From: a virus
Lineage: Duplodnaviria > Caudoviricetes
IMG/VR virus record: IMGVR_UViG_3300033412_000476
Location: 23,268 to 87,267 of that record
Strand: one strand, 5' to 3'
DNA length: 64,000 bases
A program made the position numbers and the translations under genes. Position 1 is the first letter of the stretch, and each line of letters begins with the position of its first letter. Of the stretch, positions 47,449-56,830 are shown in pieces. The notes under the pieces are model-generated. The model made no database searches, had not been told where the DNA came from, and saw only the letters and a list, made by a program, of their open reading frames with translations.

Positions 47449-47706
47449 TCAATGCGCCTCGAGCTTGCGTAGGTAGCTCCGGCCGTCGCGTGTCACAGCC
47501 CACACGGACGCTCCGCTACCGTAGATGGTACCTACGAAGTTGCGTTTGCGCAGGCGGCCAAGCAGCATCTGTGCAGCGTAGTCGCCACCGCCGTTCGACG
47601 AGACACCGCGCGATCTTCGCCCAGGCCAAAGCCGTGCGCCGAGCTCACCCGCGGTCATGTTGCCGTAGTGCGCAAGCAGCGCGAGCGCGCGATCAACCGT
47701 CTTCAT
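47449..47706 (-). CDS. winged-helix DNA-binding protein
   Basis: MTAGELGARLW...LLGRLRKRNFV...WAVTRDG. Confidence 0.6.
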   Translation of the reverse strand: MKTVDRALALLAHYGNMTAGELGARLWPGRRSRGVSSNGGGDYAAQMLLGRLRKRNFVGTIYGSGASVWAVTRDGRSYLRKLEAH

Positions 47707-48143
47707 AGCAAACTCTCCTGCACGCGGTCGTCGATGCGTCGGATCGGGATCTTGCGATAGTACGCCTCGCGCACGCAGTTGCGCGTGCCCCAGTTGTCGT
47801 CGGAATCGAAGAACGCGACGACCAGATCTGGACAGAACGTGTCGAGCATTTCTTTGTTACGCAGAGGACCCGCGCCGCCCCTACCCATAGACCACGCTGC
47901 AGGGAACGTAGCGATGATGACGCCATTCTGCATCGCCCATTCGTGCGCCCAACGGTCAGCACCACGAAGGTTGATGACAAGCTGAAGCTCGGGCTTGTCC
48001 TTGTCCCAGCCGCATGCACCGTGCGCGAGCGCTCGAATCGGCGTCGACTTGTGAATCGAATCGAGCGTGTCGAAAACGCGTTTTCGATTCTTGAACGTAC
48101 GCGAGCCGGTAACGACGACGTCGATCACTCGAACTTCAGCCAA
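47703..48143 (-). CDS. SLOG-family protein (DUF2493/YspA-like)
   Basis: VVVTGSRTF, HGAC, GADRWA, AGPLRNKEML. Confidence 0.8.
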   Translation of the reverse strand: MAEVRVIDVVVTGSRTFKNRKRVFDTLDSIHKSTPIRALAHGACGWDKDKPELQLVINLRGADRWAHEWAMQNGVIIATFPAAWSMGRGGAGPLRNKEMLDTFCPDLVVAFFDSDDNWGTRNCVREAYYRKIPIRRIDDRVQESLL

Positions 48144-48584
48144 TCGGACCGGTTCGGGCCATCACATACAGCGACGATGCCGTCACCGCCCTGTTCTTCG
48201 TGCCACTCGAGGATCGTGTAGCCGACGCGTAGAGCCGTCCGCTGCTCCTGCGCCGCAGTCTCGGCCGCAGCGTACGTGTCGAATGCCATCGGGTCGATGC
48301 TGTCCGCGTCAGGCCCGAGAATGAACGCGGGGTAGCGGAGGTGGATCACAACGTAGAACTTGGTTTGCATGCGCGCCTCAGCGATCGTTGTAGGTCAGGT
48401 GCATGTACGTCTCGACGATCACCTTGTGGCCGGTGCGTCGTGCGTGTTGGACGGCAACACCGTGCGCGTTGTTCCCCTGCCACTTCGGATAGTCGGTGCC
48501 GCTGCAGTCCACGCAGTAGGCTTTGACGTCTCGCGAGTATTTGTACCCGGAGCTCAAAATCAGTTTTCGCTCGGTCTTGGGCAT
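48125..48584 (-). CDS. two small hypothetical genes (48125..48370; 48378..48584 C2H2-like)
   Basis: CVDC...HARRTGH. Confidence 0.5.
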
Positions 48585-48928
48585 CAAGGCAACCTCAGTT
48601 CGAACGCGGCAAGGCCGTGGTTGCAGTACGCAGCGATGATGTCGCCGTGGCACGGTCCTGGTTTGCAAAAGCAGACGAGACGCTTGCCTCGCAGTGCACG
48701 CACCTGTTTCTTGAAGACCTCGTCGGTCTTCAGCCGCGACAGAAAGTACTCGCGAAAGCATGGCAGCGTGCTCTCGGCGTCGCTATGACGCTCGCCACAA
48801 CGGCTACAGCGCGCGCCTACGCGGTACGGATTGCCGAAGTAGCCGTCCTCGCCACTACCCGACCGCCCGATGTACACGTCACCGGGCTTGCGGTTACGAA
48901 TGTGAATGACGGTCGTTGCCAGCATCAC
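48584..48928 (-). CDS. DUF4326-family protein
   Basis: VYIGR...FGNPY...LRGKRLVCFCKPGPCHGD. Confidence 0.85.
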   Translation of the reverse strand: MMLATTVIHIRNRKPGDVYIGRSGSGEDGYFGNPYRVGARCSRCGERHSDAESTLPCFREYFLSRLKTDEVFKKQVRALRGKRLVCFCKPGPCHGDIIAAYCNHGLAAFELRLP

Positions 48929-49233
48929 TTTCTCGTCGACAGGCGCCAGTAGCGTTGTTCATCACGGCTGACGTAGCCGCTCTCTTTGGGCAAGTCGTAG
49001 ACGACGTACGTGAGCATGTGCGTCTCGCGCAGCTCACGCAGAGCCGCGGCGACGTTCTTGCGCGAGCACTGCAGCGTCGCATCGCGGTGGGGCAGCACAC
49101 GGCGCATGTCGTAGGCCGTGATCTCGACGAAGCACAGCGGGCCGCTGAACAGTCCGAAGATCGCGCGCATCAGTCGCTTGTGGTGCGATTCGGTCTGCCG
49201 ATGTTTTCGAATGGCATCTGCGAGCGATGACAC
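48925..49233 (-). CDS. hypothetical, possible winged helix
   Basis: SRKNVAAALREL pattern. Confidence 0.4.
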   Translation of the reverse strand: MSSLADAIRKHRQTESHHKRLMRAIFGLFSGPLCFVEITAYDMRRVLPHRDATLQCSRKNVAAALRELRETHMLTYVVYDLPKESGYVSRDEQRYWRLSTRK

Positions 49234-49236
49234 GGG

Positions 49237-49851
49237 TCAGTCTCCGAAGACGTATACGTGCTCTTCTGGATCGACGATGTTGTCGCGCGGAACGACGCCG
49301 TACGTCGTCAGGTCAGGGCGCACGCGAAACCACTGTCCGCAGCCGTCTGCGTTCTCTGCGTCGGGCATAGTGTGCGTACAGACGTGCGTGCGATGCGGGA
49401 GCGTTGCGTAGACACCCCGATCGAAGTGGCTGACGCCGCAGCTCGGACAGTGAATAGTTACACGCGGGCATGCGCGAGCGATGATCTCGCGGACCGGGGG
49501 CGCGGTCCAACCGGCGGGCTTGAGGATCTTGCTGGTGAACGGATCCTTGCGAACGCCGTCCTTTACCTTCGCCATGTTGGAGTCAGCGACCGCGCGCCAA
49601 ATCGGCTCGAACGGGATGCCGTAGCTGATCGCGGCGTGGATCAGCACATAGATAGAATCCATGATTCCGTCCGCGATGCGGACGATGTCGTCGTCTTCGA
49701 GCGCCAGCAGCAGCTCTTTGTTGACTTCTTCCTCGATGAGTCCGCGGCAGAGACTACGCAAGTTCTTCTCGGGGATGCGCACCTGCTGTGCAAGCCGCTC
49801 TGGCGCGCCGAGCTCGAGGAACTGTCGAACGTCGAGATCCATGTACGTCAT
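49237..49851 (-). CDS. MazG/PRA-PH-like nucleoside triphosphate pyrophosphohydrolase with C-terminal Cys/His domain
   Basis: IEEEVNKEL, ADGIMDSIYV, SNMAK, KILKPAGW; tail CPSCG...HRTHVC. Confidence 0.8.
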   Translation of the reverse strand: MTYMDLDVRQFLELGAPERLAQQVRIPEKNLRSLCRGLIEEEVNKELLLALEDDDIVRIADGIMDSIYVLIHAAISYGIPFEPIWRAVADSNMAKVKDGVRKDPFTSKILKPAGWTAPPVREIIARACPRVTIHCPSCGVSHFDRGVYATLPHRTHVCTHTMPDAENADGCGQWFRVRPDLTTYGVVPRDNIVDPEEHVYVFGD

Positions 49852-49856
49852 GGGGC

Positions 49857-50297
49857 TCACCAATGCTTTCGGCCGGGGTTGTAACGAATGAGCGCGTCCA
49901 TCGCTTCGCCGAGGTCGAGCTCGAGTTGGTTTGCGAGCTGCACAGTGTTCCAGATCACGTCGCACAGCTCTTTACGTAGATGCGCGCGAGCGTGCATCGT
50001 CTCGTCCATACCGTAGTAGCCCTGATACTTGAGCAGCTCTTTGAGCGCTTCGCCGATCTCGGTCACGAGAAACAGCGCGCGACCGTCGACGTCAGTCTGC
50101 TTCTGCTGCTCGTTGAGCGAAGACGCGATCGCCTTCTGCAGCGCCTTGAGCGCCTCACCTGCGACGACCGCAGGATGCGGCACGTTCAACGCTGCGGGCG
50201 TTAGGCCGATGCAGCTGCAGCCTGCGTGGAAGCAAGGCAGATCGATCGCGTGTTCGTGCCCGCAGGCACACGGAAAGCTGGCAGCACCGATCGACAT
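49857..50297 (-). CDS. MazG-like pyrophosphohydrolase with N-terminal Cys/His motif
   Basis: LVTEIGEA...KELCDVIWN ExxE/ExxD pattern. Confidence 0.75.
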   Translation of the reverse strand: MSIGAASFPCACGHEHAIDLPCFHAGCSCIGLTPAALNVPHPAVVAGEALKALQKAIASSLNEQQKQTDVDGRALFLVTEIGEALKELLKYQGYYGMDETMHARAHLRKELCDVIWNTVQLANQLELDLGEAMDALIRYNPGRKHW

Positions 50298-50557
50298 CAG
50301 CCGCCCCCTTCGATTGGAGGGCCGACGTACTTGAAGCGCGGCACTTCGTCACCGGCATCGTTGACGGTGATGTCAGTCCAGCCGTCTTCATCGCGGTCCC
50401 AACCTTCGAGCGGCCGCACGTTGGTCGTGCCGTACTTGCAGCTGACGTAGACGACCATCGGCTTGCGCGTGTGATGGTGCGTCACCAAGCCGAGCGCGAC
50501 GTACAGCCCACCTTTGTAGTGTTCGTACAGACCCGGCTTGAAGCTGGCGTCGCTCAC
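50297..50557 (-). CDS. DUF1653-family protein
   Basis: YEHYKGGLY...MVVY...VRPL. Confidence 0.8.
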   Translation of the reverse strand: MSDASFKPGLYEHYKGGLYVALGLVTHHHTRKPMVVYVSCKYGTTNVRPLEGWDRDEDGWTDITVNDAGDEVPRFKYVGPPIEGGG

Positions 50558-51171
50558 TTCGCCACCAGCTTCTGCGCGGCGAGCTCGATCTCGAGCTGCT
50601 TGATTCGCCGGTCGAGGTACCACTTCGCCTTCTTCAGGTCTTGAAGCTCACTGCCCTTGTGCTTGGCTCTCGCGATGTACTTGATGACGTTGAACTCGTG
50701 GGGCCCCACCTTCCAGTCCTCGAGTACGTCGATGACCTCGAACTTGCCTGCGTTGTAGTGCGCGGGGTGAACGACCGGTCCGCCGACGCGATCGTCAGAG
50801 GACACCGGCGCGGCGAACGGCTGAGGCGTTGGCTTGCCGTTGCTCGGCGGGATGGGCGCTGCTGGCAGGTGCAACGTGGCGTGCGCTTCGCACCAAGCGA
50901 CCGCAGCCTCCATCGTGTCAAAGTGGTTGCCCTGCTCAATGAGCGCGTTGTGGTCTCCGTAGTTGCAGAGAACATCGCAGTACGGCCGCATGGTGGTCGG
51001 CGTCTGGCGCGGATGGATCGTGTATAGCAAGTGCTGTTGGCCCCCGTGCGCGGGCGTGTCGATCTCGAGATACAGCTCTTTGAGGATGCGGTTATCCCGC
51101 AAAGGGCGATCGATCCAAATCAGTTTTTGGCCGAGATGGTTCTCGCTCGATGTGGTGCTGTTGCCTGTCAC
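50554..51171 (-). CDS. protein with C-terminal DUF3310 (SaV-like) domain
   Basis: VVHPAHYN...EVIDV...FNVIKYIARAKHKG..DLKKAKWYL. Confidence 0.85.
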   Translation of the reverse strand: MTGNSTTSSENHLGQKLIWIDRPLRDNRILKELYLEIDTPAHGGQQHLLYTIHPRQTPTTMRPYCDVLCNYGDHNALIEQGNHFDTMEAAVAWCEAHATLHLPAAPIPPSNGKPTPQPFAAPVSSDDRVGGPVVHPAHYNAGKFEVIDVLEDWKVGPHEFNVIKYIARAKHKGSELQDLKKAKWYLDRRIKQLEIELAAQKLVAK

Positions 51172-51185
51172 AGGGTCTCTCCGGG

Positions 51186-51536
51186 TTAGAGCCGATATCC
51201 GTTCAACTTCGCGAGCTGGCGGCCGAGACGGCGGTCGACGGGCTTACGAAGCTGTTTCTTCACTCGCTCGTGCGTTTCTTCGTCGAGCGGACGCGCTTGC
51301 TTGCGGCTGTTGCAACGAGCACACGCAGTCACGAGATTACGTGCGGTGCTCTTGCCGCCGTGCTTACGCGGCTTGACGTGGTCGAGCTGCAGACCGCGGC
51401 CGTCGAGCCTGCGAGGGAAGACGCCGACGCAGTAGACACAGTCGAAGTTGTCTCGCGCGTAGATCGCCATACGCAGCGATCGCCGGATCTTGCTCGACGA
51501 TCGCCCGGGCCTTCGCGCCCATTCCTCGCGTGTCAC
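51186..51536 (-). CDS. HNH endonuclease
   Basis: RDNFDCVYC...LDHVKPRKHGG...NLVTACARCN. Confidence 0.9.
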   Translation of the reverse strand: MTREEWARRPGRSSSKIRRSLRMAIYARDNFDCVYCVGVFPRRLDGRGLQLDHVKPRKHGGKSTARNLVTACARCNSRKQARPLDEETHERVKKQLRKPVDRRLGRQLAKLNGYRL

Positions 51537-51737
51537 AGTCGCACCTGTACCTCTCGCGGCTCCGCTCCGAGAGCTACGAGGTAAAGCCCGAACAAAACTC
51601 CGAGCACGCTACACGACTGGATGCAGCTGAAGCAAGCTGTTAGCTTGCGAATGCAGCGCAAACGCTGATCGGCATGGTACGCGGGGAGATCCCGCGGCTT
51701 GATCGCAAGGAAACACCGCTCAGCGCGCTGCGCTCTT

Positions 51738-52034
51738 TCAGAGCAAGCCGGCGAGCTCACTGACGAAAGCGCGTGTAGTGCTGCTTGCGATGCTCGTACC
51801 TGACGCTTGCGCGCTGTCGTGCTCGCTGCTGTGCTCGCTGACGTGCATGTCGTTCAACCGACGGACGACGAGTCGGTAGAGTCGGAGCTCGATATCGTCC
51901 GCGTAGTGGCGTTGGCGATTGTTGCGCAACCTGAGCACTTCTTCGCGCAACTCGGCGATACCGGTCACTGTTACGCCCGCGGGATGCTCGCGCTCGAGAA
52001 ACTCGAGCAACGTGACGGCGCGTGAGGGCGGCAT
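51738..52034 (-). CDS. hypothetical protein
   Basis: ATG overlaps protease stop. Confidence 0.45.
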   Translation of the reverse strand: MPPSRAVTLLEFLEREHPAGVTVTGIAELREEVLRLRNNRQRHYADDIELRLYRLVVRRLNDMHVSEHSSEHDSAQASGTSIASSTTRAFVSELAGLL

Positions 52035-52639
52035 TATCCCCGCGTGAGCTGGTAGTCCATGATCATCGCGGGCTTGGAGTACTCCCAGCCGGGCGTTGCG
52101 CCTTTGACGCTTGCATCGAGCGGCAGCCACTTATCGGGGTTGTCCTTGGGGAGCCCCACCATCGGATAAATGTGGGCCCACGCTTTGGGATCGTCGGGCA
52201 GCGAGATGACGCGCGCGACGACGTGAAAGCCGATCGAGCCAAGCAACGTCGCGAACGCGATGGTCATGTCGTCGCAGTCTGCTCCACCGGTGACGAGTGA
52301 TTCCCTGAGCGTCGAGAAGACGTCGATCGAGACCGTGTCGTAGACGTAGCGTAGGTTTAGGACGATGAAATCCCAGATCTTTTCGATCTCACACGCGTCG
52401 TCTTGCGTCGCGCAGACCTTGCCATCGGGGGCGATGAACTTCTTGCCCCACGCGGTCACGATGCGGCGACGCTTGCCATCGGGCAGCGTCATCGTATCGA
52501 AGCGACCACTGACGAGCTTCACGGCGAGCTGACGTGACTCACCGTCGTGCAGTCCCTTATCTACCATCCGTTGTATGTGACCAACGTGAACGTTCAGGTC
52601 ACTACGGTTGGTATAGTAGAACGTCGGCGGCCCTGACAT
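52034..52639 (-). CDS. transglutaminase-like cysteine protease
   Basis: Catalytic triad pattern GADCDD (Cys), WAHIYP (His), WLPLDAS (Asp). Confidence 0.85.
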   Translation of the reverse strand: MSGPPTFYYTNRSDLNVHVGHIQRMVDKGLHDGESRQLAVKLVSGRFDTMTLPDGKRRRIVTAWGKKFIAPDGKVCATQDDACEIEKIWDFIVLNLRYVYDTVSIDVFSTLRESLVTGGADCDDMTIAFATLLGSIGFHVVARVISLPDDPKAWAHIYPMVGLPKDNPDKWLPLDASVKGATPGWEYSKPAMIMDYQLTRG

Positions 52640-52646
52640 TTCGGTA

Positions 52647-52700
52647 ACTCTATCACGTCACGGATCTGACTTGCCAGAGCGCACGGGGCGGGCGTACAAC
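52647..52700. promoter_or_regulatory. overlapping divergent sigma70-like promoters sharing 52671-52676
   Basis: Plus: TTGCCA-N18-TACAAC; minus: TGGCAA-N18-TAGAGT ending 7 nt before the protease ATG. Confidence 0.45.
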
Positions 52701-52760
52701 CGTTTCTCTCGAGCGTTAGGAGCACGGCGCTCGGGGCATAGCGCGGAGCGAGCGTGAGCA

Positions 52761-53000
52761 ATGGCATTGGCTGCAAAGCCGACGCCCGGGGATGTCTTTG
52801 TGCATCCTGACGAGGGGCGATGGCGCGTCGTAATGATCTCCGAAGAGCAGATCGGGCTCTCGGGGCCTGGACCGATGCGTAGCTACCGCACGCTTCCGCG
52901 GACGCTGCTGACCGAAGAGCACGGTTGGCGTCGTGACAATGATCGGCAGTCACGTTCGACGTTGCGTGACGCGCTGGAGCGCCCTGTTCGTAGACGCTGA
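52761..53000 (+). CDS. hypothetical protein
   Basis: Leads the DUF3987 gene. Confidence 0.45.
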   Translation: MALAAKPTPGDVFVHPDEGRWRVVMISEEQIGLSGPGPMRSYRTLPRTLLTEEHGWRRDNDRQSRSTLRDALERPVRRR

Positions 53001-53063
53001 CAACACTGCGCCCCCGCAGAGGGCTTTTCTGCGAGGGCGCGTTGACTCGATGGTGCGAGCACC

Positions 53064-54476
53064 GTGTCGACCAAAACCGTAGACGAAACAAGGCAACATC
53101 GTCAAGCGATCCTCGATCTCCTTCCGAGCAGCAGTCCGCTGCACCGCTACGTGCAGTGGGCGTGCAGCGCGCACGGATCGCCGCCGGTCTATCACGTCGC
53201 TTGCGCGCTCGTGCAGCTGTTCTACGAGCTGACGCGTCGCGGGTTTCGCCTGCCGAAGGTCGTCGACGACGGCGAGTATCCACTGACGGTGCAGTTTCTG
53301 CTGCTCGGCGGCAGCCACACAGGCAAGGGTACCGCGCTCGACGCAATCCAGGACTTCGCCGCGACGGTCTGGAAGCGCACGCAAGTGCCGGAAGTCGACC
53401 CTTGGATCGAGCTTGAAGGCTCGATCGAGGGCATCACGCAAGCGATTCAGGACCGCTACATCGAGAAACACGACAGCACGCCGGCTGTTCTCTACGACAA
53501 AGAGATCTCGAAAGTGTTCGCGCGACGTGAGCCGCTGACTGAGTTGCTCTGCAAGCTCGCTGACGGCCGCACGATTCAGAGCAACTACCGCGGAAAGCAG
53601 CGCAAGAGTCAGAGCGCCAAGGCCAATATGCTGGTCAATCCGCGTGTCAGCGCGCTCTACTGCACGACCGAGCCGCAGCTCGCGCCGCACTTCAAGGACT
53701 CTCACCGCATGGGTGGCCTCTTTCCGCGCCTGATCTGGCTGAAACCTGTTTTCGGCAAGGGCGATATCTGGCTTTCGCAGGATCATGTGGGCGCAACACC
53801 GCTCGGATCGGTGCGAACGCAGGCTGCGACTGAGTGGGCGAGCTGGCTCGTGCAGCTCGAGATGGTCAGCCGTGAGCTTGGCAAGCGCTTCTCGTGCTCT
53901 GCCGAGGCACACGCGGTGCTGCACAACGAGCTTTTCGTGCCGTTCGCGGCCGAGTACCACGCGACCGAGACCGACGACAACATGCACGCGGTCAAGATGC
54001 GCCTGCTCGAGAAGGCGCGCGTCTTTGCAGCACTACACGCGGCGATGCACTACCGCGTGCACCTAGAGCCCGAGGACATGTTCTTTGCTGTTCGGCTCGC
54101 GAAGTACTTCCTGACCATGATCACGTCGGAAGACAGCGTGCGCGATCTAGGTGCGAACGACAGCTTCCGTATCAGTAAGCGCATCGAGCTTGCGATCAAG
54201 CAGACCGGCAATGAAGGAATGCTCCGCCGAGAGCTGTACTCGACGCTGCGCCTGGACAAGCGCACGCTCGACGACGCGCTCGCGCAGCTCATCGATAGCG
54301 AGTCTGTGTTCGTCGACAACACCGATCCGCTACGCAGCGGTCGCTACATCCACATCAGCTCACCGCTCGGACAAGAGATCGTCACGATCGCACGTGCGCA
54401 GGCTCGTGAAGAAGCTGAGCTCAAGAACACGCTCGGTGCTCGCCGGCCGTCGTGGCGCACGCGGCTACCCAGCTGA
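53064..54476 (+). CDS. DUF3987-family AAA+ helicase-like replication protein with C-terminal winged helix
   Basis: Walker A GGSHTGKG, SIEG, GGLFPR, C-terminal GMLRRELYSTLRLDKRTLDDAL. Confidence 0.75.
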   Translation: MSTKTVDETRQHRQAILDLLPSSSPLHRYVQWACSAHGSPPVYHVACALVQLFYELTRRGFRLPKVVDDGEYPLTVQFLLLGGSHTGKGTALDAIQDFAATVWKRTQVPEVDPWIELEGSIEGITQAIQDRYIEKHDSTPAVLYDKEISKVFARREPLTELLCKLADGRTIQSNYRGKQRKSQSAKANMLVNPRVSALYCTTEPQLAPHFKDSHRMGGLFPRLIWLKPVFGKGDIWLSQDHVGATPLGSVRTQAATEWASWLVQLEMVSRELGKRFSCSAEAHAVLHNELFVPFAAEYHATETDDNMHAVKMRLLEKARVFAALHAAMHYRVHLEPEDMFFAVRLAKYFLTMITSEDSVRDLGANDSFRISKRIELAIKQTGNEGMLRRELYSTLRLDKRTLDDALAQLIDSESVFVDNTDPLRSGRYIHISSPLGQEIVTIARAQAREEAELKNTLGARRPSWRTRLPS

Positions 54477-55669
54477 CGTCGCTGCGACCGCAAAGCCCTT
54501 GCAGTAACACTCCTGCACGCGGCACCACTGAATGTTACGCACCTTCGCGTGGCTGTGTTCGTGGTGACCGCACGTGCAAAGCTCGAGTGCGAGTGTGCCT
54601 CTGACGCGAGCTTCGCGTTTCAACACGGCGTCGACTTCTTCCCAGTCGACGTCAACCATCGACCGCGTCGCTCTCGAAGTCTTCCTGACAGTCAACGCAA
54701 CCAAAGCAGCGTCGTTCGCAGCCGCAATCGTTTGCGCACTTCAGGAAGTACGAACCGAAGCACTCGACATCGAAGTCACAGCCGTCTGCACATGGCTTCG
54801 GCTCTTCTGGATCAGGCGCGGCCTGCCAGTCTTCGTTGTCGTCGCACCAACGCATTGCGATCGACAGGGTCTTGAAGCAGCCACCGTTGGGCGCTTTGAT
54901 CAGCTTCGGACTGATCGTGCCGAGCGCGCGAACGTCGAACGTGTCGGTCCGTGCGTTCTTGATGATTGATCCGAGCGGCTTACCGGTCTTGTCGAGAATG
55001 AACCATTCCTCGGCGATACGTTCGCGGCCGGGTGTGGTGTCGATGAGCGAGCCGTACGTAACGCCGTTGTGGACGTACGGTGCTTTGAACCAGCGCCGGC
55101 TCATTTCTCACCCCCTTGTGTCGTCCGTCTCGACAGCGTGTCAGCCAGTAGCTTCGTACAGCGGCGACACGTCACGCTCGGCGCGTACCCAGTCTTTGCG
55201 CCGACAGCTCCACAGATCGCGAACGTCAGACCATAGTGCACTGGCGTGCCGCGGATCACTGCGTGAGCGGCACGAACACGTGACTTGTGAGAGCGTGCGC
55301 GGACCATCAGTTCACGTTTCGCGCTGAGGACCACTTGCTTGTGTCGCTGGTCTGCAGCGTCTTGCCGAACATCACGATCTCGCGACGCTTGCCGCACTTG
55401 CTGCACGCGTGAAGGACTGTCGTTGTGCCGCGCATCGCACGCTCGCGAGCTTCGCCTTGTTCGAGCCAATGTACATTCGATGGGTGGATAGGCGCGGCGT
55501 ACGTCACGTGCTCGGTCTGCCAGTCATGCGTGCAGGGGCCGAGATCTTCGAAGATCGGTTTGACGCGTTTGTACTGCTTGTACGCCTCGGCTGCTGCCGT
55601 TAGAACGAGATACGCAACGAGTGCTACAAGCGGCAGCAGGAAGAGCATCACAGCGATCGCACTCATCAC
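54465..55669 (-). CDS. small hypothetical genes (54465..54704, 54652..55104, 55307..55669 and others)
   Basis: Cys-motif and TM-containing ORFs. Confidence 0.45.
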
Positions 55670-55992
55670 GCCCTCCCAAGTAGTCGCAGCAGCATCAGAT
55701 GTTCATTTCGCGCACGTTCGACGCCAGCAGCCGTCAGTGAGTAGTACTTCTGCGGCGCCAGCTGCGGCTCGGGCCGTAGCAGCACAGCGCTGACGACCTT
55801 CGCACGTTCGAGCGCGTCGAGACAGTGCAAGACCGAGCTCATGTGCAGCGAGAGTCTGCTCTCGGTCCTAGACCAGATGCGATCGCGGAGCTCTCGCGCG
55901 AAGTCGCCGCGATAGTTGCTGAGAAACAGCTCTTGCAGCAGCGCGAGCGAGACGAGCGTCTGCGGGCGGAGCTTCGGAGTCTTGGCGGACAT
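55666..55992 (-). CDS. PadR-like winged-helix regulator
   Basis: ARELRDRI...SVLHCLDALERAKVV...KYYSLTAAG. Confidence 0.7.
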   Translation of the reverse strand: MSAKTPKLRPQTLVSLALLQELFLSNYRGDFARELRDRIWSRTESRLSLHMSSVLHCLDALERAKVVSAVLLRPEPQLAPQKYYSLTAAGVERARNEHLMLLRLLGRA

Positions 55993-56209
55993 CTGTGGGG
56001 CGCTACGACGAGTGCTGAGCGGCTGCATTCAGCACGGACGACTCGAGGAGCCCCGAGCGCGCGCCTGTCTGTGTGAGCGGGGACAAGGCGCGCGCTCGGG
56101 GTGTTCTGCCCAATCCAGGTTCCCTGCCGTCAGCGAGCCCGAAAGGCTCGTCGGACACCGCTATCTAGTCGCAGCACGCAGCGGAGCGCAAGGATGGGGC
56201 CGTTTGAAC

Positions 56210-56830
56210 CACACTGGGCAAACGTAAAGCCTTTTCCAGGTAGTTCCGTTTCATTTGCAGCATCAGTCTAATGTCCCACGTTGGTGTGTGGGCGACTGTA
56301 GCAAACATCGCACTTTCATCCGTTACAGACGGAAACAGTAACATTTTGGCCTACATATGAAAACTTTTCCACATTTCCAGTGGTGCTAGCCGTGTGAACG
56401 TAGTGTCAAAATAAGTGTCGCTATTTGTTGTTGTAGTCTCAGGGGTTTTCTGATGCTTGAATGCTCTGCTCTAAAACATAAGATCAAACAATTTTTTTTG
56501 ACACGTTTTCCATAACAGGTGGAATGTATACAGGTCGGCATCGTGGGGGTCTGCATAGGGCAGGTGATCGCGTAGGGCGTACAGTAGTTATGGAAACTAG
56601 TGTCAAAAAATATCGTTGATCTTACTTTTTCTTAGAGTACGTGAGGGCCTGATCCACCTGCTGTCCTTTCGCACACTTACAGATCCAGACCGTACGGACC
56701 GGTTATTTGTGGATGGAAAAAACCGTTCATCTTTGTTTCAGCGTCCGTATTTGCAAATACCTGCGTTCCACGTACGCGGAAATCTGAGCGCGGAACGCGA
56801 GGGGGGTCGAAACCATTACGGATTTTCGTG
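56210..56830. other. AT-rich non-coding control region or putative origin between divergent blocks
   Basis: Marked drop in GC, no convincing ORF, several TGTCAAAA motifs, one TTTTCCACA DnaA-box match at 56365-56373. Confidence 0.6.
56480..56623. repeat. imperfect 37-bp inverted repeat (56480-56516 and 56587-56623)
   Basis: aagatcaaacaattttttttgacacgttttccataac versus reverse complement aagatcaacgatattttttgacactagtttccataac. Confidence 0.8.

Noticed and set aside
53064-54476. DUF3987 protein as the virion packaging ATPase
   Set aside because: Motif layout and C-terminal winged helix fit a replication helicase, not an FtsK/HerA A32-like ATPase
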